A stretch of DNA of 19,853 bases, from assembly GCA_964652335.1 (NCBI GenBank), contig CAZZDL010000006.1:1-19853 (forward strand). Direction: 5' to 3'. Below the pieces are notes generated by a model, which was not told the origin of the DNA, did not search any database, and saw only the letters and a list, made by a program, of their open reading frames with translations. Every line of letters starts with the position of its first letter. Within the stretch, counting starts at the first letter, position 1. A program made the translations under genes and the position numbers. Shown here in pieces: positions 7,629 through 15,553 of the stretch. This DNA is from Candidatus Micrarchaeota archaeon (GTDB lineage Archaea > B1Sed10-29 > WALL01 > WAMD01).

Positions 7629-8720
7629 TTAAGCTATTATAGCTTCTATTATCCTCTTGTATAATCCCTCTGCTTTTTTGATATCCCTGATAGGTATATT
7701 TTCATTTACAACGTGGCTCATTCTCTCATCTCCCGGTCCAAAGGCAACTGCTTTAATACCTAATTCCGTATAATACAACTCAGCTTCTGTATATCCACTC
7801 GTTCCAAACTCTTTTGCTCCTGTTATCTGCTTAATTACTCTAATTAATTTAACGTTTCTATCGAGGAACATTGGATTTCTACGTATAATGCAATCTACAT
7901 CACCCAAACCACTTGCTAAATTTTTCATTTCCATCTCAACGGATTTTATGTCCTCCTCCGGGATAATTCTCCTATCTACATCAAACTCGCAATAATCAGG
8001 TACTACATTTGCTTTTGTGCCTCCCAATATCCTACCAATATTAATTGTTGGAGCGCCAAGTATTGCACTCTTCCGTTTCTTTATCTCTTCTGCGTATTTG
8101 TTTAACCTATTCATAACTCTATTTGCCTTCAGTATCGCATTCGTGCCTAGCTGAGGCATAGATCCGTGAGCGGACTTACCAAAAAATTTGTACCTTAATT
8201 CTAATATCCCTTTTTGGGCAATCTGGATCTTGAAATTTGTAGGCTCTGCTATAAGACCATATTTCACTCCATTGAACAATGACCTGTTCTTTACTGCTGC
8301 TCTAGCGCCTAAGAAGTTCACTTCTTCATCAGAGGTAAGAAGTACTAAAACAGTTTTGTTTATTTCTTTGACTTTTGTAAATGCAGATAATAAAGCTGCT
8401 AATCCACCTTTCATATCAACTGCTCCCCTGCCATAAAGTCTTCCATTTTTTATCTCTCCCTGATTGTAACTCCAATCATCTCCAATAGGAACAGTATCCA
8501 TGTGACCATTAAGCATTATACCATCCCTATCACCTTTTAGCTTCAAAACAAGATTGTATCTATTACGCTGTATTCTCACAATTTTTGGACTAAACCCATT
8601 ATCCCTAAGATAATCTCTAATAAAATAAGAAATATCCTTTTCATTGCCTGGTGGATTCTCCGAATTAATTTCTACCAACTGTTTTGCAAGTTCTACAGCG
8701 TCCAAATGCCTCACTTCCAA
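7629..8720 (-). CDS. M20 family metallohydrolase (ArgE/DapE-like)
   Basis: NGHMDTVP, YGRGAVDMKGG, SDEEV, IAEPT, GKSAHGS and SHVVNE motifs; TTG start at 8720 or 8705. Confidence 0.92.
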   Translation of the reverse strand: MEVRHLDAVELAKQLVEINSENPPGNEKDISYFIRDYLRDNGFSPKIVRIQRNRYNLVLKLKGDRDGIMLNGHMDTVPIGDDWSYNQGEIKNGRLYGRGAVDMKGGLAALLSAFTKVKEINKTVLVLLTSDEEVNFLGARAAVKNRSLFNGVKYGLIAEPTNFKIQIAQKGILELRYKFFGKSAHGSMPQLGTNAILKANRVMNRLNKYAEEIKKRKSAILGAPTINIGRILGGTKANVVPDYCEFDVDRRIIPEEDIKSVEMEMKNLASGLGDVDCIIRRNPMFLDRNVKLIRVIKQITGAKEFGTSGYTEAELYYTELGIKAVAFGPGDERMSHVVNENIPIRDIKKAEGLYKRIIEAIIA

Positions 8721-8793
8721 TTAGACAGTCACCAATTTGGTGTATGTCCCAGTAGATAAATATTACTTTAAATCCCTTTCCCATTAATCTAGC

Positions 8794-9465
8794 ATGTGCA
8801 TGGAAAAGCTGGCCACCGAGTTGAGAAAAGCGCCTAGACCAATAGTCCTGGGAAGCTTTCTCCATGGAAGCGGGAGAAGCACACTGGCAGATCTGCTGGC
8901 TAGAGAACTAGAAAGACTAGGCCTAGATATAGAACGAATATCCAGTGGAGACGTATTCAGGGAACTAGCTAGGGAAAAGGGAAAAAGCATTGACGAGTTC
9001 ATAAAAGAAATAACTAGTGAGAATTCTCTGGAAGTGGATCTAGAGATAGACAAAAAAATAAAGAAGAGGATTGAACAAGCCCTAGAAAATGGGAAAATTC
9101 CGATAGTAGACTCAAACCTTGCTCCCTTCTATGCTGGTGGAATAAGAGTCCTAGTGAAACTAGACCCATCCATTGCAGGGAAAAGGGTTTACGAAAAGAA
9201 AAGGGGGACAGACAAGACTTACTCTAGCCCAGAGGAAGCTAGAGACGAGTTGGAGAAAAGGACTAGGGCTGACCTAGCTAGATATGAAAGGCTGGCTAGG
9301 GAAGATTGGGTTCCAGAGGATTGGAAAAGGATTTATCGCGAAGCTGTTGAAAACTGGGGAAATGAAAATTATTTTCATGTGATTGTAGATAATTCTGGCT
9401 CATTAGATGAAAGCTTTGGGAAGCTGGTAAAAGGATTATGCAGAGCCCTAGGACTGAGTGAATAA
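8794..9465 (+). CDS. Cytidylate-kinase-like P-loop NMP kinase (archaeal Cmk type) with atypical Walker A
   Basis: SSGDVFRELAREKGKSIDEF, EVDLEIDK, IVDSNLA and R..ADLARY motifs; Walker A reads HGSGRST; start may be ATG 8800. Confidence 0.7.
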   Translation: MCMEKLATELRKAPRPIVLGSFLHGSGRSTLADLLARELERLGLDIERISSGDVFRELAREKGKSIDEFIKEITSENSLEVDLEIDKKIKKRIEQALENGKIPIVDSNLAPFYAGGIRVLVKLDPSIAGKRVYEKKRGTDKTYSSPEEARDELEKRTRADLARYERLAREDWVPEDWKRIYREAVENWGNENYFHVIVDNSGSLDESFGKLVKGLCRALGLSE

Positions 9466-9990
9466 TTCCTTATTGAGGAATGGAACAAGTGCCATTATGG
9501 TCGCTGCTTCACAAAATGACTTTCTACTGATTACACCACGAGTTAGTTTTCCAACAGTGCCTTGATTATATTTTATGTCACTTTCACCTGTGATTTCTCC
9601 CATGACCACCCCCAGTTCCTCGCCATCCATTATTCTGGATGCAATAGCTTGTGGGAGTTCATGTGCAGGAGATACACCAAATGAAAACTCTCCATCTTTA
9701 TTCATAATGCATGCCACAGCAAAAGAAAGTACTTTGCCATAAACCTTGCCAGCTCCACCCTCTATTCCAACGAAGAAGTCAGCATTTATCTTGCCATCCT
9801 TGAAAGCCTGGTAGATTCTCTTTGCCCTATTTTCTGCCCCCTTAAAGGTGTCCTCCCCTAGAGGTTGATCATGAACTCCAGACTCCACTGGAAAGCTCTC
9901 AACCTCTACGTCAGAAAAATAATGTGAAAACGCATCTCTTACTGCGTTTATTTTTACTGGATTATTAGATCCTACCACTATCTTTACCAT
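9448..9990 (-). CDS. yjjX: Inosine/xanthosine triphosphatase (YjjX family)
   Basis: VGSNNPVKINAV, SGVHDQP, GAENRA, VGIEGG, GEELG and GTVGKLT motifs; ATG 9990 follows GGTGG. Confidence 0.92.
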   Translation of the reverse strand: MVKIVVGSNNPVKINAVRDAFSHYFSDVEVESFPVESGVHDQPLGEDTFKGAENRAKRIYQAFKDGKINADFFVGIEGGAGKVYGKVLSFAVACIMNKDGEFSFGVSPAHELPQAIASRIMDGEELGVVMGEITGESDIKYNQGTVGKLTRGVISRKSFCEAATIMALVPFLNKELFTQS

Positions 9991-10498
9991 TTGAACCACC
10001 CAGCTCCATAACCCAAGTGTCTATAAAACAATCAGCTATCTTTACTTTATCCTCTCCAGTTATCTTAAACCCATGTGACTTATAGAAAGCTATAGCCTTC
10101 TTATTGGTCTTCAGTGTCTTTAGCCGCAAATGATTGTAGTTGTTAATAAGCTCGTTTAGAAGGATGCTCCCATATCCCCTTCCTACATAATTCGGCTTTA
10201 CGTACAACCCTTTAATGAAAGCTGGACCTCCATTAGGATCTGGATCTGCTGAGATGTATGCAATTGGTTTCCCGTCTAGCTCTAGTATCAGGTAAATGGT
10301 TTTTGAGAAATCTCTTTTTGATGGATGAGACTTTCTAAATTCCAGAATTCTGTTGACTGTACTTTCTCCCAAGTATGCTGGATAAAACTCTCTCCAGCAA
10401 GAATCTCTAATTTCATTAATGATATTTGTATCCTCTGGCGTAGCTCTCCTTATTCCTATGTCCTCTTTTTCCTTCTTTCTTTCCCTCCTCTCTTCCAT
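9965..10498 (-). CDS. GNAT family N-acetyltransferase
   Basis: IRRATPED, LYVKPNYVGRGYGSILL (acetyl-CoA motif A) and NKKAIAFYKSHGF. Confidence 0.9.
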   Translation of the reverse strand: MEERRERKKEKEDIGIRRATPEDTNIINEIRDSCWREFYPAYLGESTVNRILEFRKSHPSKRDFSKTIYLILELDGKPIAYISADPDPNGGPAFIKGLYVKPNYVGRGYGSILLNELINNYNHLRLKTLKTNKKAIAFYKSHGFKITGEDKVKIADCFIDTWVMELGGSNGKDSGRI

Positions 10499-10670
10499 AA
10501 TTAGATTTTTGCTTTGCTGATTTTTAATGCTTGAATTTTAGATAACGTATCCTAATCAAAAGTGCAAAACATTTAAAACATTAAATGGTAAAGAAAGCAT
10601 AATGGGTATATACACTAAAGAGTAAGAAGAAAGATTAATACGTAAAAAGGTTTCGCTGCTGGGTGATGTT

Positions 10671-12413
10671 TTGAAAATAAAAACCATAAGTCTAACAAGG
10701 AGCAAGGGGATAAAGCAGATATTTGACATGTTTAAGAATCATCCCTCTAAATCACTTGAAGAGATTACTGCATCTAGGCGTATACTCATACCCATGGCTG
10801 CAGCCAGATCTAAAGACCATATAAGATGGGACGCTGACGCTCCCCTACAGATGAGAATGGTTCTACCCACAGTTGTATACCACAAGAAGGGGTTTAAACA
10901 AATTCCTTCATTAATTGAAGCAGACAAGCGGTATAGAATGCCAAAAGAACCACTGTTATTTATTTCTCCGGATTCCTTTTCCCATAGGCGTTTTGTTGTC
11001 ATTACGAGTAAACAACCAAGAAAACAGTTTCAACTCCGGTTGCCTTCAGTAGGACACCCTCCCTCTGACTTTGTTGGAGTGCTGCAAAGCACAATTATAT
11101 TCCCTTCACTACCTCTCTACTTTTTTGAAAGAGAGATCCCTAGATCTCTGGTAATCCAACACTTCCTTTCAGATAAGGTAGAAATGAAAACACGTCCTAG
11201 TGGACTTATTAGGATAGAGTTTGATAAAAAAGGTCCATTACTATACAAAGAAAGCTTACTCCCTGAAAATGAGGAAGCACTCCAGATAAAGAAGGGGGAT
11301 GTAGTTGATGTTTCTGTTCATGAGATTATAGAGCCACATGCACGATTAGGAGTATTACACGCTGAATTCTTCAAAACACTTGCTGCTAAACAACTTGCAA
11401 AGGAATTGGGAGTAAAGAAAGAAGAGATTGCTGAGTTTATCAAGAAAACAGAAAAAGGAGATCTCCTGATAAAAAAGAGGGAGAAAATGAAGGAGATCGT
11501 AGAGAATGTGTTTAGAAATGTTGGTTCTCTCTTCTGTAAGGTACACAACCCGGGTGAAGGAATACATATCATTCTAAACAGAAGCACCCATTCCGATGTA
11601 TTCAAGATACTAACTGGGAGAAAAACAAGAGAATCAAATATATATGCTGGCGAGGGGAACCCACACAACATAGAAATAGGGCTTGATGGGAGTGTCGGAA
11701 TCGCATCTGACTTTTCATATGCAATACCTGTTCGCACGGACGAAAGTGCACCAGAGTATATTGAACATCCGAAGATTCCACAAAAGGTAAAGGTATGGAA
11801 AGTATCAAAAGAGGAGTATGAACACGCTGCGGCCGCGGACCTAGCTACGTTCGTCTTATTTTGTATGGAAACTCCTTCTGTGGTTGAGATATTACATGAA
11901 GGGGGTATAATAAATAAAAGACAATTCAATTCCATTATGTCTCTCTTGGATGAACGAAAGAAACTCCTTGAAGATATAAGTAGAATACGCTCAGAAACCA
12001 AAGCAGATGAAGTGTACATTGAGCATAGAGAAAAGGTTAATAAATTCAAAAAGGCGCTCATTGAAGCAGGTATCAAAGATCTAGATGTGCATGACATTCG
12101 GGTATACCTAAATACAAATATACTAGTAAATAAGATGGAAAATACACAACTCTCACCAACACAAATAAAGAACATTGTAAATGCATACAAAGACGCGTTG
12201 GAATCATTTATCAAGTTGATGGATACAGGAAAGAAATTGAAGGACAATAAGGAGTATCTAAAAAAGATACAAAAAGTGAGGCAGCTGACAAATAAACTTG
12301 CAAGAAGTAAGGCCACCAAAAGGGTGTATGACCTTCTGATAGAAGGCTACTCTAAAGAATATGAGCAGAGGGTGGGGAAACAAAAACCCTGGTTTTTGGC
12401 CAGCCATTTTTAA
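10671..12413 (+). CDS. Hypothetical 580-aa protein with a divergent protein-kinase-like (Bud32/Kdo-kinase/APH-like) motif series
   Basis: Long ORF with SD GGGTGA. Ordered motifs LLYK, VGSLFCKVH, AGEGNPHNI, DFSYA, DLATF and LIEGY. The CDS is solid; the fold is inferred. Confidence 0.6.
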   Translation: MKIKTISLTRSKGIKQIFDMFKNHPSKSLEEITASRRILIPMAAARSKDHIRWDADAPLQMRMVLPTVVYHKKGFKQIPSLIEADKRYRMPKEPLLFISPDSFSHRRFVVITSKQPRKQFQLRLPSVGHPPSDFVGVLQSTIIFPSLPLYFFEREIPRSLVIQHFLSDKVEMKTRPSGLIRIEFDKKGPLLYKESLLPENEEALQIKKGDVVDVSVHEIIEPHARLGVLHAEFFKTLAAKQLAKELGVKKEEIAEFIKKTEKGDLLIKKREKMKEIVENVFRNVGSLFCKVHNPGEGIHIILNRSTHSDVFKILTGRKTRESNIYAGEGNPHNIEIGLDGSVGIASDFSYAIPVRTDESAPEYIEHPKIPQKVKVWKVSKEEYEHAAAADLATFVLFCMETPSVVEILHEGGIINKRQFNSIMSLLDERKKLLEDISRIRSETKADEVYIEHREKVNKFKKALIEAGIKDLDVHDIRVYLNTNILVNKMENTQLSPTQIKNIVNAYKDALESFIKLMDTGKKLKDNKEYLKKIQKVRQLTNKLARSKATKRVYDLLIEGYSKEYEQRVGKQKPWFLASHF

Positions 12414-12491
12414 ATAGATTTAGGATGTCTATTAGCTAAATCATTTAAATCTCTAAAGCGGAAAACTAATGGTCAAAGGAAGCTGGTAAAA

Positions 12492-13397
12492 ATGTCAGAA
12501 CTTGAAATAACAATGCTTGGAACAGGATCCGCAATTCCCCTACCGAACAGAGGGCATCCAGGTATTTACATAAAGTACAATGGGTACAGAATGCTATGGG
12601 ACTGCGGAGAAGCAACCCAGATGCAAATTAGAAAAGCTAAACTGTCTGCATTGAAGATAAGTCACATATTCATAACCCATTGGCATGGTGATCACTTTCT
12701 CGGGCTTCCTGGGTTAATACAAAGCATGAACCTAGAAGGAAGGACCAAGCCGTTAGTCATATTCGGTCCAAAGGGAATAGATGAATTCATGCCAAGAATT
12801 CTAGGTCTTGGCTATTATGATCTAGACTACAAGGTAGAGTGGTGGGAAGCAAAGCCAGGAGTGTTGTGGGAAACAGATACGTTTACAGTATCTGCCTTTC
12901 CTGTTAGGCATGGCACCCCATCAGTTGGATACGTATTCCAAGAAAAGGATAAAAGGAAGATGAAAGAAGAGAAACTAGAATCCATGGGAATACCGCGTGG
13001 GCCGCTCTGGGGAGAGCTTCAGAAAGGAAAGGAAATAATGTGGAAAGGGAAAATAATAAAGCCGGATGAAGTTACTATTAGAATTCCTGGAAAGAAAGTT
13101 GTCTACACAGGAGATACACGACCATGCGATTCAACCGTAGAGGCTGCCAAGGGGGCGGACCTTCTTATTCATGATTCTACATTTTCGCATGACACATCAG
13201 ATAGGGCAAGGGAAACATGGCACTCCACTGCAAAGGAGGCTGGAGAGGTAGCTAGAAAAGCCGGTGTGAAACAGCTCATGTTATTCGCATTCTCAAAAAG
13301 ATACAAGGATGAAGAATTAGTAAAACTGTGGGAAGAAGCAAAGAAAGAATTTGACAATGTGATGATTGCCAAAGACTTGGAAAAAATTAGTCTTTAG
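12492..13397 (+). CDS. rnz: Ribonuclease Z (short form)
   Basis: LGTGSAIP..NR, DCGE, THWHGDH, GP-motif exosite (GIPRGPLWGELQKG), GDTRP, HDSTF and HSTA; the motif V His is replaced by Ala. Confidence 0.93.
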   Translation: MSELEITMLGTGSAIPLPNRGHPGIYIKYNGYRMLWDCGEATQMQIRKAKLSALKISHIFITHWHGDHFLGLPGLIQSMNLEGRTKPLVIFGPKGIDEFMPRILGLGYYDLDYKVEWWEAKPGVLWETDTFTVSAFPVRHGTPSVGYVFQEKDKRKMKEEKLESMGIPRGPLWGELQKGKEIMWKGKIIKPDEVTIRIPGKKVVYTGDTRPCDSTVEAAKGADLLIHDSTFSHDTSDRARETWHSTAKEAGEVARKAGVKQLMLFAFSKRYKDEELVKLWEEAKKEFDNVMIAKDLEKISL

Positions 13398-13803
13398 GTA
13401 AATAGGTTCTCACTTGTGTAATCTGGTATCCATGAGTCTTTGCTATCTCTTCTACCTTTTCCGCAATCTCAGGATCTAGCTCATCTAGCGGAACGTTAAT
13501 TATTCTCCCATATTCCACTAGTGATCTTAATCTTTTCATGAATTTTTCTCGCACACTCGTAACATCAGATTCAAACAGATCTACTTCCCTTTCTATTCCA
13601 GTCTTTTCCTGAAACTCTTTCTTTTTCCTATTAATGAACTCTTTAAAGATCTCAATCTGAGTAATCGGTCTGCTATGGCACTTATAAAGATCATTTAGCA
13701 CTGAGAGCACTTCTTCTTCATTAATTTCAGAAGCATGACGACGGAATGCTCTCTTAATTTGATACTCTTTCTCTGAAAACTTTTTAGCCCCTCTTACTGC
13801 CAT
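13387..13803 (-). CDS. Hypothetical protein, paralog of the adjacent gene; possible winged-helix
   Basis: Shares LY..H.RPITQ.E, GI....LFE.D, L..L...G.I..V and E.A...GY.....R.Y.P with 13813-14229; ATG 13803 follows GGTG. Confidence 0.75.
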   Translation of the reverse strand: MAVRGAKKFSEKEYQIKRAFRRHASEINEEEVLSVLNDLYKCHSRPITQIEIFKEFINRKKKEFQEKTGIEREVDLFESDVTSVREKFMKRLRSLVEYGRIINVPLDELDPEIAEKVEEIAKTHGYQITQVRTYLPKD

Positions 13804-13812
13804 ATGCACCAC

Positions 13813-14229
13813 TTATCTTACGGGTTTGTAAAATCTTAGCCTGCTTGGATGGTACCCCAATTTCTCAGCAAGCTCAGGTATTATTTCTTTGTTCTTCCGC
13901 ATTCTTTCTGGATTAACCTTCGCAATCCAACCAGACCTAGCAAGGTAATTCAGAGCATCAGTGATCGTTCGTCTTATCAAGCCTTCGTCATACTCAAACA
14001 AGTATATCTCCTTGATGCCGAATTCTTTTTCAATTATTGGAAGAGCTTCCTCTAGCTTTCTCTCAATTATGTGATCAGCCACCTCTACTTGAGTAATCGG
14101 TCTTCTGTGCTTGGAGTACAATGTCTCCAACGCCTCAATCACCTCTCTTTTATCAATCCTAGAAACAAGCGCATACAGCCTGCGCCTTGCTTCGTATTCT
14201 GGATCCCGTTCCTCAGTCCTTGATGACAT
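13813..14229 (-). CDS. Hypothetical protein, paralog of the adjacent gene; possible winged-helix
   Basis: 138-aa ORF sharing motifs with its neighbour; AT-rich TATA-like box about 25 nt upstream. Confidence 0.78.
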   Translation of the reverse strand: MSSRTEERDPEYEARRRLYALVSRIDKREVIEALETLYSKHRRPITQVEVADHIIERKLEEALPIIEKEFGIKEIYLFEYDEGLIRRTITDALNYLARSGWIAKVNPERMRKNKEIIPELAEKLGYHPSRLRFYKPVR

Positions 14230-14350
14230 AACGATATAATTAGAAATTATGGATTTTTAATGCTTCTATAAGTGTATCCCTTGCCAGGTTGCCAGCTAGA
14301 GATCCATTCAAAAAGAAATCTATTTATTTCTCTAGTCAATAATCCTAGTT

Positions 14351-15145
14351 GTGTACATACCAAAGATATTTGACACAAAGGACGCATTGCGCGTGTCTTT
14401 ACTGGCGTCTAGCATATTCCTGATAATCAGCGTTATATACGCAGTTTATCTCCACGCTCAAATGTCAAACGAGGTTACAAAGGTTAGAATGGATCTCGTA
14501 GAAATAAGCAGATGGTATGAAGAAAAAGCAGGAGCAGCAAAAACAAATACAGATGTAAGGAAGTATAGGGAAATAGCAAAACAGGCAAAGGTATACGCGA
14601 ATAATCTAACTGGCCCAAGGATAAACCCGTATGCGTATACTTATCTAAACTACTGGATAGTCGCGGCTGGGTTTGTGGAACTAGACCTAAGCTGGGAAGA
14701 ACTAGGACTTCCGAATAACACAATATATATACTAAACGAGCTAGAAGAAAGGGGCTGGTTCGGAAACTCAAGCTTTATGACCTTTGATCTAACTGTTGGC
14801 GATTATGTGCAAAGGCTAGCAAGCAAGCCAAAGCTACACGCGAATGCTTGGACATTCTATGTAATCGCGTTCGCAGTAGTGGCTTTCTCCATATTTGTTG
14901 GAAAGAAAGAGGAGGATTACGAAGTAGATATCGTCCCAGAGGTCATATACGGGGCGATAGCATTAATCCCGTTTTGGATTGTATTTATAGCGTCTGCATT
15001 AATAGCCCTAAGTGGCATATTCCCATTTTTAAGGCCAAACCAAGTTGTAATCGATAGTTATTTAATAGTGATTGTCATAACTATAGTGCTATCTGCATTC
15101 AGTGGCATGATAGTTGGATGGATAAAATCTAGGGGAGGTAGTTAA
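14351..15145 (+). CDS. Hypothetical membrane protein (one N-terminal TM, soluble loop, three C-terminal TMs)
   Basis: Hydrophobic segments at about aa 14-34, 166-184, 199-226 and 237-257; its stop abuts the ferredoxin start. Confidence 0.7.
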   Translation: MYIPKIFDTKDALRVSLLASSIFLIISVIYAVYLHAQMSNEVTKVRMDLVEISRWYEEKAGAAKTNTDVRKYREIAKQAKVYANNLTGPRINPYAYTYLNYWIVAAGFVELDLSWEELGLPNNTIYILNELEERGWFGNSSFMTFDLTVGDYVQRLASKPKLHANAWTFYVIAFAVVAFSIFVGKKEEDYEVDIVPEVIYGAIALIPFWIVFIASALIALSGIFPFLRPNQVVIDSYLIVIVITIVLSAFSGMIVGWIKSRGGS

Positions 15146-15337
15146 ATGTACATAATAAAGCACGACAGAGATAAGTGTATAGGCTGTGGTGTTTGTGCAT
15201 CTGTCTGCCCAGATAACTGGGAGATGGGTGACGACGGAAAGGCAAATCCAAAGAAGACTGAGCTAGAAGAGCTAGGATGCAATGAAATGGCCGCAAATAG
15301 TTGCCCTGTAAAATGCATAACCATAGAAAACAAATAG
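15146..15337 (+). CDS. Single-cluster ferredoxin
   Basis: CIGCGVCASVCP...C...AANSCPVKCI; SD GGAGGT. Confidence 0.93.
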   Translation: MYIIKHDRDKCIGCGVCASVCPDNWEMGDDGKANPKKTELEELGCNEMAANSCPVKCITIENK

Positions 15338-15424
15338 GATATTTTGGATTTTTCCATTCTTAGTCTGGCTTAATTATACCTAGTTTATTTGATATACTAA
15401 CCAATTAGTGGAATTTTGGTTCGG

Positions 15425-15448
15425 ATTTCTAATAGAAATGTTTATATA
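15425..15448 (+). promoter_or_regulatory. nrdJ operon promoter: perfect 7-1-7 palindrome ATTTCTA-A-TAGAAAT (15425-15439) next to TATA box TTTATATA (15441-15448)
   Basis: Directly visible; the palindrome overlaps the BRE position. Confidence 0.55.
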
Positions 15449-15553
15449 TGTCTTTTCCATTAATTCAAAAGCCGACAATAAGTTAGAAAAAACAATGTAA
15501 ACAGGCTCATCCGGCTTGAAAAGCTTATTAAAAGCCATACAGGAGGGGAGACA

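Noticed and set aside
10602..10670. Upstream ATG in frame with the 580-aa gene, interrupted by TAA (possible readthrough or uORF)
   Set aside because: TTG 10671 has its own good SD (GGGTGA), and nothing supports readthrough.
11318..12319. 333-aa antisense ORF, and the other antisense or nested ORFs in the track
   Set aside because: They are shadows of sense genes, with Ser/Phe/Leu-rich composition and no motifs.
14351..14365. N-terminus MYIPK identical to that of TrpB2
   Set aside because: A five-residue match with different codons and no further similarity; coincidence.
15338..15553. Cobalamin riboswitch or NrdR box upstream of nrdJ
   Set aside because: The region is AT-rich, has no recognisable B12-box, and the dyad spacing does not match NrdR.
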